DNA from: Thermodesulfatator atlanticus DSM 21156
GTDB taxonomy: Bacteria; Desulfobacterota; Thermodesulfobacteria; Thermodesulfobacteriales; Thermodesulfatatoraceae
Length of the DNA stretch: 32,000 nucleotides
Assembly: GCF_000421585.1 (NCBI RefSeq)
Contig: NZ_ATXH01000004.1
Coordinates: 55,926 to 87,925 of the forward strand
Reading direction: 5' to 3'
Part shown: positions 15,022 through 23,810 of the stretch, piece by piece
Numbering within the stretch: position 1 is the first letter of the stretch
How the letters are laid out: every line of letters begins with the position of its first letter
Translations under genes and position numbers: made by a program
Notes under the pieces: generated by a model
Seen by the model: the letters and a program-made list of their open reading frames with translations, nothing else
What the model was told of the DNA's origin: nothing
The model's database searches: none

Positions 15022-16028
15022 ACGCCGTCTATCTTTGCCCCGCACTTAGGACAGGTGCCGTGCTCTGTTAAGCGAAAACTATGCACCATAAACCCGTAAC
15101 GTTCAATTAAAATTTCACCGCACTGCCAACAAAAAGTACTTTCACCTTCTTCGCCGGGCACGTTACCTGTGTAGACATACTTCAAGCCTACCTTTTTGCC
15201 AATCTCGTAGGCGCGTTTCAGGAGCTCCACCGGGGTAGCAGGGCGCGTAAGAAGTTGGTAGCGCGGATAAAAACGCGTTACGTGCCAAGGAGTCTCAGGA
15301 CCAAGCTCTTCCTTAATAAAAGTCGCTATTTCCGTAAGCTCCCCTGGATCGTCATTTTCACCAGGGATAATAAGGGTGGTTACCTCAAGCCAGACCCCTT
15401 GGTTTTTCAGGTGTTTTAAGGTTTCAAGCACAGGCTTAAGCCTCGCCTTGCAGTGTTTGCGGTAAAACTCATCACGAAAAGACTTAAGATCAATGTTTGC
15501 CGCATGCAAATCAGGATAAATCATATCAAGGGCCTCTTTGGTCATGTAACCATTTGAAACAAAGACGTTCCTTAACCCAGCCTTAGTAGCCAGCTTGGCA
15601 CAATCATAGGCAAATTCAAAAAAAACAGTTGGTTCGTTATAGGTGTAAGAAATTGTCTGGCAGGCAGTGGCAAGAGCAGCTTCAACCACGCCTTGGGCAG
15701 TAGCGTCTTCTCCTATAACCCTGCCTTCAATCCTGGGAAACTGGGAGATTTCATAGTTTTGACAAAAATCACATTGAAAATTACACCCTACGGTGCCGAT
15801 AGAAAAGCTTCTTGAGCCGGGCAAAAAATGAAAAAGGGGTTTTTTCTCTATAGGATCGACGTGTTTGGCGATAATTTTGCCGTAAACCAAAGAATAAAGA
15901 ATGCCATTTTCGTTGAAGCGCACGTGGCAGAGACCAAACTTACCCGGTGGAATCTGGCAAAAATGATTACAAAGCTTACACTTTACGTTCTTATCAGGGA
16001 GTTTCTCATAAAGTAAAGCCTCGCGCAT
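15012..16028 (-). CDS. amrS: Radical SAM enzyme, AmmeMemoRadiSam-system type (PFL-activase-like)
   Basis: N-terminal VKCKLCNHFCQIPPGKFGLCHVR, then the radical SAM triad GCNFQCDFCQN, and a C-terminal Cys ribbon FCWQCG...CPKCG. SD GGAGGGGG lies upstream. Confidence 0.8.
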   Translation of the reverse strand: MREALLYEKLPDKNVKCKLCNHFCQIPPGKFGLCHVRFNENGILYSLVYGKIIAKHVDPIEKKPLFHFLPGSRSFSIGTVGCNFQCDFCQNYEISQFPRIEGRVIGEDATAQGVVEAALATACQTISYTYNEPTVFFEFAYDCAKLATKAGLRNVFVSNGYMTKEALDMIYPDLHAANIDLKSFRDEFYRKHCKARLKPVLETLKHLKNQGVWLEVTTLIIPGENDDPGELTEIATFIKEELGPETPWHVTRFYPRYQLLTRPATPVELLKRAYEIGKKVGLKYVYTGNVPGEEGESTFCWQCGEILIERYGFMVHSFRLTEHGTCPKCGAKIDGVWE

Positions 16029-16093
16029 ATCCCCCTCCTATGTTGGGTTTCTTTTGTCACTAGGAGTACTTTTTATTTCAACATTGCTCTTTG

Positions 16094-16136
16094 GGATCCG
16101 TTCCTATTTTTCGACACAAAAAATGGGAACGGGTCC
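16094..16136 (+). other. Long imperfect palindrome / 18-bp stem hairpin in the divergent intergenic region
   Basis: GGATCCGTTCCTATTTTT (16094-16111) pairs with AAAAAATGGGAACGGGTCC (16119-16136) around a 7-nt loop CGACACA. The two non-Watson-Crick positions are G.U in a plus-strand RNA (T97-G133, T105-G125) but A.C on the other strand. Confidence 0.5.
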
Positions 16137-16179
16137 TAAATAACAAAATAGGCACGAGAAAGATTTTGTAAATTCACAT

Positions 16180-16207
16180 TAAAGCTTTAGCCCCAAAATT
16201 ACGAGAA
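16180..16207 (+). promoter_or_regulatory. Candidate sigma-28 (FliA)-type promoter for cheX
   Basis: TAAAGCTT (16180-16187), N12, then TACGAGAA (16200-16207), compared with the enteric consensus TAAAGTTT-N11-GCCGATAA. That is 7/8 in the -35 and 5/8 in the -10, including the CGA core. It ends 28 nt before the cheX ATG. Confidence 0.35.
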
Positions 16208-16235
16208 AAAAGAAAAAAGTACCCAGGGAGGCGAA

Positions 16236-16706
16236 ATGAGTAAGTCGCTCATTGTTGATGCGCTCGAAGCTTCGGTGACAGAAGTTATTTCCACTTTCAC
16301 CGGCCAAAAACCAGAAATTGGGAAAAGTTTTATCAGAAAAGAAATTGAATCGCTAGGGGAAGTTTCTGCAATTCTTGGGCTAACCGGCAAGGGCTTTACT
16401 GGTACTTTTGTGGTCACTTTTGAAAAAGAATGCCTTTTTGATATTGTAGCTGCGCTTTTTGGCACACGCCCTGAAACCATAAACGACGAAACCAGAGACG
16501 CCGCCGGAGAGATGGCCAATATGATATGCGGTGCCTTTAGGCGGCGCTTTGAAAAACAAGGTATCAGCCTTCAAAGCTCAACCCCTGCCATTGTGAGCGG
16601 GGAAAATCACACCCTGGATATCCTTTGTAAGTCACAAAGGCTTGTCATTCCCTTTTCCGTTAACGGGTCAAAATTATTCGTTGAGTTTTGTCTGGATAAA
16701 AAATAG
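16236..16706 (+). CDS. cheX: CheX-type chemotaxis phosphatase (CheC/CheX/FliY family)
   Basis: The size (156 aa), the N-terminal ...VTEVISTFTG layout and the AGEMANMICG motif are typical of CheX. SD GGGAGG lies upstream. Confidence 0.75.
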   Translation: MSKSLIVDALEASVTEVISTFTGQKPEIGKSFIRKEIESLGEVSAILGLTGKGFTGTFVVTFEKECLFDIVAALFGTRPETINDETRDAAGEMANMICGAFRRRFEKQGISLQSSTPAIVSGENHTLDILCKSQRLVIPFSVNGSKLFVEFCLDKK

Positions 16707-16753
16707 CCCTTTCATCTTGTTTTGGGCATATATGCCTTTTATGCTTTTCTTTC

Positions 16754-17254
16754 ATGAAAATTTTAGTATTAGGTGGTATTAAAAGCGGAAAAAGTAGCTT
16801 TTCCCTAAAACTTGCTGAAAAATATCCCCAGCCTAAAATATTTCTTGCCACTGCAGAGCCCTTTGACACGGAAATGGCTGCCAAAATAAAAAAACACCGC
16901 CAAGAGCGCGGGAAAAACTGGCAAACTATCGAAACCCCCTTAGAGCTTGCTACCGCTTTAAAAACTATCGAAAACCCCGGGGTGGTGGTGCTTGATTGTC
17001 TTACTGTCTGGCTGGGAAATCTTTTTTACCACCAAAAAAACCTTACTTGTTACGTCGAAGACTTGCTCACAGCACTAAAAACCATAAATTTCCCTTTAAT
17101 CATTGTCTCCAACGAAGTGGGCCTGGGACTTATGCCTGCTGAACACGAAACAAGAGTTTTTGCCGAAAATCTTGGGCTTCTTAATCAACGTGTGGCCAGA
17201 CTGTGTGATGAGGTTTTTTTGCTGGTGGCTGGCAATCCTCTCAAAATCAAATAA
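16754..17254 (+). CDS. cobU: Adenosylcobinamide kinase / adenosylcobinamide-phosphate guanylyltransferase
   Basis: MKILVLGGIKSGKSSFS P-loop, TAEPFDTEMAAKIKKHRQERGKNWQTIE (guanylyl-His region), and the VSNEVGLGLMP motif. Confidence 0.88.
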   Translation: MKILVLGGIKSGKSSFSLKLAEKYPQPKIFLATAEPFDTEMAAKIKKHRQERGKNWQTIETPLELATALKTIENPGVVVLDCLTVWLGNLFYHQKNLTCYVEDLLTALKTINFPLIIVSNEVGLGLMPAEHETRVFAENLGLLNQRVARLCDEVFLLVAGNPLKIK

Positions 17255-17330
17255 AAAGTTCTAGTCAGAAGCTCAACTAGTGTTAGAATAGCTGCCAAAT
17301 GTAAATTATTCTCAACTAATGGAGGTTGAT

Positions 17331-18431
17331 ATGCCAACACGTGAAGAAATAATGGAAGCCCTTAAAAAGGTCAAAGATCCGGAGCTTGGACGGAGCCTTC
17401 CTGACCTCGGCATGATTCGCGACGTAAAGATCGACGGAGACAAAGTCATCGTCACCGTAGCCCTTACCATTGCAGGCTGCCCAATGAAAAAGCGCATTTC
17501 CGACGATGTTAAAAAGGCTGTCTCTGAAGTGCCCGGAGTAAAAGAAGTTGAAGTTGAGTTAACCACCATGACTCCTGAAGAAAGGGAAAAAATATTTGGC
17601 AAAAAGAAACCAATCGACGAAAAAAAGGCCTTAAAAGACGTTCGTCACATTATTGCCGTGGCTAGTGGCAAGGGGGGCGTAGGGAAAACCACCGTAGCGG
17701 TAAATCTTGCGGTAGCCCTTGCCAAAAAGGGATATAAAGTTGGCATCCTTGATGCTGATATTTACGGGCCCAATGTCCCGCTGCTCATGGGTCTTGAAGG
17801 CGAAAGGCCCTTTACCAGAGACAATCTTCTTATTCCACCTGAACGTTACGGCATTAAAGTGATGTCTTTTGGTTTTTTGGCCCCTGAAGGCCAGGCTATT
17901 ATCTGGCGTGGGCCGTTAGTACACCGTGCGCTTTCAGAACTTGCCGAAGTAGTGGATTGGGGTGTGCTTGACTTCCTAGTGGTTGACCTTCCCCCTGGCA
18001 CAGGGGATGCCCCTTTAACCGTGGCTCAGGTCTTTCCTTTGCGCGGAGTTGTTATCGTGACCACCCCTCAAAAAGTAGCGATCTCTGACGTGGTGCGCTC
18101 GGTAGATATGTTTAACGAGCTTGGCACCCGCATCTTCGGGATCGTGGAAAATATGTCTTACCTAAAAACCATCGGCCCTGATGGCAAAGAACAAATAATC
18201 CCGGTTTTTGGCGAAGGTGGCGGTGAAAAACTTGCCCGGGATCTTCGCGTTCCGTTTCTTGGTAAAATCCCTCTTGACCCAGATATTGCCAAAAGTGGTG
18301 AGGTTGGAAAACCCGCAGCCCTTGACCCTGAAAGCGAGATAGGAAAAGCTTTTGCTGATATTGCCGAAAAAATCGTAAAGGCATCTCTTGAGTTTGAAAA
18401 AATGGGAAGCTGTGGACTTAAAAAGGCATGA
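17331..18431 (+). CDS. mrp: Mrp/NBP35/ApbC-family Fe-S cluster carrier ATPase with N-terminal DUF59 (MIP18-like) domain
   Basis: DUF59-like VKDPELGRSLPDLGMIRDVKIDG, deviant Walker A VASGKGGVGKTT, and the DLPPGTGD switch motif. The ATG at 17331 follows the GGAGG SD; the track start at 17319 contains that SD. Confidence 0.9.
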   Translation: MPTREEIMEALKKVKDPELGRSLPDLGMIRDVKIDGDKVIVTVALTIAGCPMKKRISDDVKKAVSEVPGVKEVEVELTTMTPEEREKIFGKKKPIDEKKALKDVRHIIAVASGKGGVGKTTVAVNLAVALAKKGYKVGILDADIYGPNVPLLMGLEGERPFTRDNLLIPPERYGIKVMSFGFLAPEGQAIIWRGPLVHRALSELAEVVDWGVLDFLVVDLPPGTGDAPLTVAQVFPLRGVVIVTTPQKVAISDVVRSVDMFNELGTRIFGIVENMSYLKTIGPDGKEQIIPVFGEGGGEKLARDLRVPFLGKIPLDPDIAKSGEVGKPAALDPESEIGKAFADIAEKIVKASLEFEKMGSCGLKKA

Positions 18432-19174
18432 TGACGGTTTACGAAAGACTCCTTGAAAAAGCGCTTTCCAAAGGCCGAGGCCGCATAGTAGCCGATGTAC
18501 GCATCGGCCTCGGCTATACCGCAGTAAAACTTGACAACGGAAACATTGGTCTTGCCTATACGATTATCGAAGGCAAAAAAAGCTGTAACGTCCTTGAACC
18601 AGAAGTAACTTTTGCTGGCAAGCCTGCTGATATCGTGGCCAAATATTTTCTATCTGCCAACAACATTGAAGCTGCCGTAGGGCTGGCCACCATAAATGCC
18701 ATCTTAAACACAGAACGAGACGACTATCTCTTTGAAGATCCTCTTACGCTTGCCAATATTTCTCCTGAAGACAAAGTAGCCATGGTTGGATTTTTTGAAC
18801 CCCTTGCAGCCCGCTTAAAAGGCAAAGTAGCGGAATTCTGGATCTTTGAACGCGAACCTGCAAGATTTACCGAGACCCTTAGAGAAGCTGACATGTTTGA
18901 CTATCTCCCTCAGGCAAGCGTAGCCATTGTCACGGCCGTAACCCTGATTAACAAAACCCTGGAAGAAATACTTGATTATCTTGGCAATGCCCGCGAAGTC
19001 ATACTTCTTGGAGGAAGCACCCCTCTTTTTCCTCAAGTTTTTCACGACTATCCCATAACTATCCTCTCAGGGCTTTTGACAAAAAATAACGAAATACTAA
19101 GGGTTGTAAGCGAAGCTAAAGGAATGAAGGCCTTTAAACCATTTGTAAAAAAGGTTAGTCTTAGGATCAAATGA
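18428..19174 (+). CDS. DUF4213 + DUF364 (Rossmann-like, putative metal-chelation) protein
   Basis: N-terminal VADVRIGLGYTAVKLDNGNIGLAYT (DUF4213 pattern), and C-terminal MVGFFEPL...VAIVTAVTLINKTLEEIL...VILLGGSTPLFP (DUF364 pattern). ATGA overlap with the mrp stop. Confidence 0.75.
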   Translation: MMTVYERLLEKALSKGRGRIVADVRIGLGYTAVKLDNGNIGLAYTIIEGKKSCNVLEPEVTFAGKPADIVAKYFLSANNIEAAVGLATINAILNTERDDYLFEDPLTLANISPEDKVAMVGFFEPLAARLKGKVAEFWIFEREPARFTETLREADMFDYLPQASVAIVTAVTLINKTLEEILDYLGNAREVILLGGSTPLFPQVFHDYPITILSGLLTKNNEILRVVSEAKGMKAFKPFVKKVSLRIK

Positions 19175-19473
19175 ACCTTCCAGAATTCACCTTAAAAGAA
19201 AAAATTGAACTTTTAGCAGGAATTATTCTTTGCATTCTTTTTAGTATCCGTTACTACCCTGAAAACCTAGAAAGAACCTTTTATGAGTCTTTTCGCTGGA
19301 TGTTTAGCTTCTTTGTCTATAGTGGTCTCATGGCTTACATGTTTCACGGCTTTTGCCGCAAGATCTTGAAACAGACATTTTCCCTGAAGACAGGGATAAA
19401 AATGACCATCTGGCTGGCCCTTTTGTCCGCCATTGTCCAGTCCATGCATGAAATGCTAAAGCATCAACCTTAA
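19171..19473 (+). CDS. Small integral membrane protein (about 3 TM), unknown function
   Basis: Three hydrophobic segments (LLAGIILCILFSI, MFSFFVYSGLMAYMF, MTIWLALLSAIV). ATGA overlap with the preceding gene. Its stop overlaps the stop of the convergent M16 gene. Confidence 0.5.
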   Translation: MNLPEFTLKEKIELLAGIILCILFSIRYYPENLERTFYESFRWMFSFFVYSGLMAYMFHGFCRKILKQTFSLKTGIKMTIWLALLSAIVQSMHEMLKHQP

Positions 19474-22109
19474 TCTTCTAAAGGCCCCACGGTAACCAAA
19501 ACATAAGGTTTGTTTTCAAGATATTTTTTAGCAACTTCTGAAATATCTTCCCATTCAACATTTTGGATTTTCTGGATATAACGCAAGCCATAATTATAAC
19601 CAAGCCCTAAAACTTCGTTTACGGCCTGATCCATAGCTTGCGACATGTTAGTTTGAAGGCCGGTAATATAGCGGCCCACCAACCAACGTTTGGCCCGTTT
19701 GATCTCTTCGTCGGTAACACCTTCTTGGTTAACCTTGGCAATTTCGCGCCAAAGCCCAGAAAGGGCTAACTTTTTCTTCGCAGGTTCTGTGGCAATGTAA
19801 AATCCTATACCACCGGTGTTGATACCCAAAGTAAGAAATGAGGTTACAGAGTATGCCAGGGCTTCCTCATCGCGCAGAGTTTTAAACAACCTGCCTCCCT
19901 GCCCGGCAAGCACAGCATTAAGTACTTCCATGGCATACCGGTCCTCGGAAAACATACTTGGCCCTCTAAAACCCAAAATCAAATGGACTTGCTCTCTGTC
20001 GATATTGATGGTTGAAAGCTTGGGTTCAAGAAGTGGCTCAGGCTCTTTATCTTCAGGAAGGGGCTTAGCTTCCTTTTGCCAGGTACCAAAATATTTTTCT
20101 AGAAGCGGCATAATTTTTTCAGGATCAACATCTCCTACGATGGAAAGAACGCCGCGAGATGGTGCAACATAATCTTCATAGGCCTTTTTAATGGCTTCCG
20201 CATGGAGATTTTCGATAACATCGCGAGAACCTAGGATATTTAAGCCGTAAGGATGTGGAGCAAAAAGTAAGCGATAAAATTCCCTGATAGCAAGCTGGAG
20301 GGGATCATCTTCCTGACGGGCTAAGGCAGCCAACAGCTCTGGCTTTAATTTTTCGAGCTCGGACTCAGAAAAGGCAGGCTTTTCAGCAACTTCCGCAAAA
20401 AGACTTAGTGCTTTTTCTAAATTTTCAGAAAGGAAGCTTCCCTTTAGGCCAAAGGTATTTCTTCCAGAAAATCCAGCAATTTCTCCCCCCATGGATTCCA
20501 CCAAAGTAGCCAGCATATCCGCTGATTTTTCAAGAGTGCCTTTAGTCCACAAAGAGGCAAGCGCGCGGAACAGGCCGTTTGTCTTTTCGGTTTCAAAACG
20601 TAAGCCTCCAGGAAAAACAAGGGCCATAGAAAAAGCAGGAACGTCTTTTTGGGGGGTAATAAGAACAGTTAAGCCGTTGGCAAGCTTCTTTTTGACCGTT
20701 GGGGAAACCCAATGTTCCATCCCAGGTGAAATCCCTGAGGCCTCCATTTCCGCTTCTTCAACAAGGACCTGTAAATCTTCTGGAGAAATAAGTTGAGAGA
20801 CATTTTGAGCCAAAAGCCCCGCTACTACTGCTTGAGGCGTAAAATACTTTTCGGCAACTTCTTTTATCTGGGCGGCGGTTACTTTTTTAATAGCCTCAAG
20901 GTACTTTTTGGCTTTAAGTGGATCCCCTGTAAGAATTTCAAAAGCGCCTAGTTTGCGCGCCTCTCCCTGCATGGTTTCACGACTATAGACGAAATCAGCA
21001 GCAACCATGGTCTTGGCTTTTTCAAGTTCTTCAGGGAGCACCGGGTCATATTTCAGACGAAAAATCTCAACCAGGGATTCTTTGATAGCTTCCCGCAAGT
21101 TCTCTGGTGGAGCGGTGCCAGCTACCTCAAAAAGCCCTGGGCCCTTGGGGGTAAAAGTGTAAGCGTAAATAGTGTGGACTATTCCCTTTTCACGGCGAAG
21201 TTGTTGATAAAGACGCGAAGACTCTCCTTGACCTAAAAGCACGGCAATGACATCCATTACCGGGGCTTCTGGTTTAAGGATACTCGGTCCGGGCAGGGCC
21301 AGATGAAAATAACCTTCTTTTACGTCTCTATCTAAAGTCACCAAGGCTGGTTCTTTCTTAGGAGGTTCTTGCGGAAAATTTACAACTTGAGGAGGAAGCT
21401 TTGGCTCGTTACCAAAGTAAGAGGCAATCTTGGCAAGGGCTTGCTCAGCGTTCACATCACCTACCACAACCACCGCCATATGCACTGGACGATATCTGCG
21501 GGCCATATAATCGAGAATATCTTTACGGGTGATGGCTTTTACCGTCTCAGGATAGCCAATAATTGGACGGCGATAGGGATATTTGAGATAGGCCTTTTGC
21601 ATGACAGCTTCTGCAAGAGCAAGAGCCGGCCGGTCATTTCTCATGCGCATTTCTTCAAGGACCACCTGCTTTTCACGTTCTAGCTCCTGCGGATCAAAAA
21701 TCGAATGAAAAATGGCATCTGAAAGGACATCAAGGGCGGTTTCTAATATCTCCCGCGGGCCTGTCACATAATAACAGGTATAATCGTAAGAGGTGAAAGC
21801 GTTAATGCTTCCGCCAAAACTTTCGATGGTGGAGGCAATTTCTCCGGGCTTACGCTTCTCGGTACCTTTGAAAATCATGTGTTCAATAAGGTGCGTAATA
21901 CCAGCTTCGCTGTCTTTCTCGTAGGCACTTCCAGCCTTTACCCACACTTGAACAGCCACTACCGGAGCACGGTGGTTCTCCTCGACTATAACGGTTAGAC
22001 CATTGCCTAGAACCGTTTTGTAAAGACCCGGAGCTATTTCCATAGCGCGAACCCCAGTTGAAAAAATTAAAAAAGAGAGGCCCAAAAGTAGCATCCATAT
22101 ATACCGCAT
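19470..22109 (-). CDS. Secreted double-module M16 (pitrilysin/insulinase) family zinc peptidase
   Basis: Signal peptide MRYIWMLLLGLSFLIFSTGVRA. HLIEHMIFKGT (the HxxEH zinc site) is in the first half, and a second M16-like half lacks HxxEH. SD GGAGG lies upstream. Confidence 0.85.
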   Translation of the reverse strand: MRYIWMLLLGLSFLIFSTGVRAMEIAPGLYKTVLGNGLTVIVEENHRAPVVAVQVWVKAGSAYEKDSEAGITHLIEHMIFKGTEKRKPGEIASTIESFGGSINAFTSYDYTCYYVTGPREILETALDVLSDAIFHSIFDPQELEREKQVVLEEMRMRNDRPALALAEAVMQKAYLKYPYRRPIIGYPETVKAITRKDILDYMARRYRPVHMAVVVVGDVNAEQALAKIASYFGNEPKLPPQVVNFPQEPPKKEPALVTLDRDVKEGYFHLALPGPSILKPEAPVMDVIAVLLGQGESSRLYQQLRREKGIVHTIYAYTFTPKGPGLFEVAGTAPPENLREAIKESLVEIFRLKYDPVLPEELEKAKTMVAADFVYSRETMQGEARKLGAFEILTGDPLKAKKYLEAIKKVTAAQIKEVAEKYFTPQAVVAGLLAQNVSQLISPEDLQVLVEEAEMEASGISPGMEHWVSPTVKKKLANGLTVLITPQKDVPAFSMALVFPGGLRFETEKTNGLFRALASLWTKGTLEKSADMLATLVESMGGEIAGFSGRNTFGLKGSFLSENLEKALSLFAEVAEKPAFSESELEKLKPELLAALARQEDDPLQLAIREFYRLLFAPHPYGLNILGSRDVIENLHAEAIKKAYEDYVAPSRGVLSIVGDVDPEKIMPLLEKYFGTWQKEAKPLPEDKEPEPLLEPKLSTINIDREQVHLILGFRGPSMFSEDRYAMEVLNAVLAGQGGRLFKTLRDEEALAYSVTSFLTLGINTGGIGFYIATEPAKKKLALSGLWREIAKVNQEGVTDEEIKRAKRWLVGRYITGLQTNMSQAMDQAVNEVLGLGYNYGLRYIQKIQNVEWEDISEVAKKYLENKPYVLVTVGPLED

Positions 22110-22320
22110 AACCGCCTCCTTTCTTTTGACAACTCAACTTTAATTTTCGGTTTTCTGCAAGATTATAGCAAGCAGGTAGAGTATTTTTTTTATTTTCGTA
22201 AAAAAATGCCAAGCTTTTTCTTTTCAAAAAGTTTGACAGTTTGATTCAATTTTGATAGGGGATGTTCTTGAATGTTTCGATATTTTTTAATCAAAATTTT
22301 TGTTAGGAGGGAGGGAATGC

Positions 22321-23487
22321 ATGTCTGACTTCAAAGAAGCAATCTCAAGGAGTTGGAAGGCTTTTGCTCAGTCAAACTGGTCTCCCATGATGGGTGGTAT
22401 CTTGCTCGCTATTTTTTGTGTTTTCTTAGAAGCATGGTATCGCCCCTGGGGAATTGTCGGAGGTCTTAGAAACTGGGCAGATTGGCTCTTTTACGGCATA
22501 GGTTTTTATGAAGACGCTCCCCCTCATCCTTTGGAGTTCTCATCATCTGTATTGAATATCGGATATATATGGGGAGCGATGATATCTGCCATGCTTGCTC
22601 GTGAATTCGGATTACGTTTTCCCCCAAAAATCGAGTACGTAAAAGCAATTGTTAGCGGTATTCTCATGGGTCTTGGTTCTGCCTTGGCCATGGGTTGTAA
22701 CGTTGGAGGATACTATGTAGCAATCCAAAATCTTGCAGCAAACGGCTTTTTAATGGCTATAGGGTTAACTTTTGGTGTTATCGTAGGAATTAAATATCTT
22801 TACTGGGAATTGGAACATTTCCCTTCAAGTGGCGGTTTTGAAATAAGTTTTCGAAAGATTAGCCCTTACATTGGCTTTCTATTGTTTGTGGGTCTTATTG
22901 TAGCTACTTATGCCTATTTCCGAAGCGATTTGGACAACGGCGAAGTCCTGGGTGGATGTCTAATAATTACCGCTGGCATTGGTTACGTCATTCACCGCAG
23001 TCGTTTCTGTATGGTCAATGGTTTCCGTGAACCCTTTATGACAGGCGAAGCCTCCATGGGTAAAGCCATTATGGTAAGCATCATTATTGGAGCCATTGGT
23101 GTATCTATCCTCAAGTATCAAGAAATCCGGCCGGAAATGATGTACGTGACCCCGACCTTTGGTTTGGGTGCCCTTTTGGGAGGCTTTATCTTTGGCGCAG
23201 CCATGGTTGTAGCTGGTGGGTGCGGCTCTGGTGCTCTTTGGCGTGTTGCTGAAGGCCAAATCAAGCTCTGGGTAGTTGCTTTCTTCTTCGCTTTGTCAAA
23301 CTCTCTTATACGTCACTATTTCGCAGAATATGACGTTATTGAAAACGGATACCTTGGTAAAGCCGTCTTTATGCCAGAGTACTTAGGCTATGGAGGAACA
23401 TTGTTTCTAATTACTCTTATTTGTGTCGTTTGGTACATCATTATCGATTGGAATGAAGATTCCAATAAGATGGTCATAGAAATGTAA
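22321..23487 (+). CDS. YeeE/YedE-family sulfur-compound (thiosulfate-type) transporter
   Basis: Multi-pass membrane protein with three conserved-Cys motifs: AMGCNVGG, SRFCMVNGFREP and AGGCGSGALW. The ATG at 22321 follows AGGAGGGAGGG; the track start at 22300 is a TTG inside the leader. Confidence 0.85.
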   Translation: MSDFKEAISRSWKAFAQSNWSPMMGGILLAIFCVFLEAWYRPWGIVGGLRNWADWLFYGIGFYEDAPPHPLEFSSSVLNIGYIWGAMISAMLAREFGLRFPPKIEYVKAIVSGILMGLGSALAMGCNVGGYYVAIQNLAANGFLMAIGLTFGVIVGIKYLYWELEHFPSSGGFEISFRKISPYIGFLLFVGLIVATYAYFRSDLDNGEVLGGCLIITAGIGYVIHRSRFCMVNGFREPFMTGEASMGKAIMVSIIIGAIGVSILKYQEIRPEMMYVTPTFGLGALLGGFIFGAAMVVAGGCGSGALWRVAEGQIKLWVVAFFFALSNSLIRHYFAEYDVIENGYLGKAVFMPEYLGYGGTLFLITLICVVWYIIIDWNEDSNKMVIEM

Positions 23488-23515
23488 ATAATAAAAACTA
23501 AAAGGAGGATAAGCT

Positions 23516-23776
23516 ATGTCTGATGTCAAAGTAGCCCCAGAAGGAATTACCCCAGATGTAACTCTTGATTGTAAGGGTCTTTCTTGTCCTATGCCTTTGC
23601 TTAAAACCAAAAAGGCTGTTCAGAAGATGAAACCTGGCCAGATCTTAGAAGTATTGGGGACTGACCCTGGTTCTAAGAACGACTTGCCTGGCTGGTGTGA
23701 AAGGGCTGGCCACGAGTTTCTTGGGGTCCGCGAAGAAGGAGGGTTCTTCCGCTTTTATATCAAAGTAGGCGGATAA
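23516..23776 (+). CDS. TusA-family sulfurtransferase
   Basis: LDCKGLSCPMPLLKTKKA (CPxP active site), ILEVLGTDPGSKNDLPGWCERAGHEF. SD AAGGAGG. Confidence 0.88.
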   Translation: MSDVKVAPEGITPDVTLDCKGLSCPMPLLKTKKAVQKMKPGQILEVLGTDPGSKNDLPGWCERAGHEFLGVREEGGFFRFYIKVGG

Positions 23777-23810
23777 CCACAGCTTCAATACAAAATTAGG
23801 AGGTGTTTTT

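Noticed and set aside
22233-22297. Sigma-70-type promoter calls for the YeeE operon (TTGACA at 22233-22238; TTGAAT 22268-22273 with TCAAAAT 22291-22297), and an ATTTTGAT / ATCAAAAT inverted repeat (22249-22256 / 22290-22297)
   Set aside because: TTGACA has no acceptable -10 at 17 nt. The second pair has a weak -10. 8-bp AT-rich inverted repeats are expected by chance in an AT-rich leader. This was noted, but the support is too weak for a feature call.
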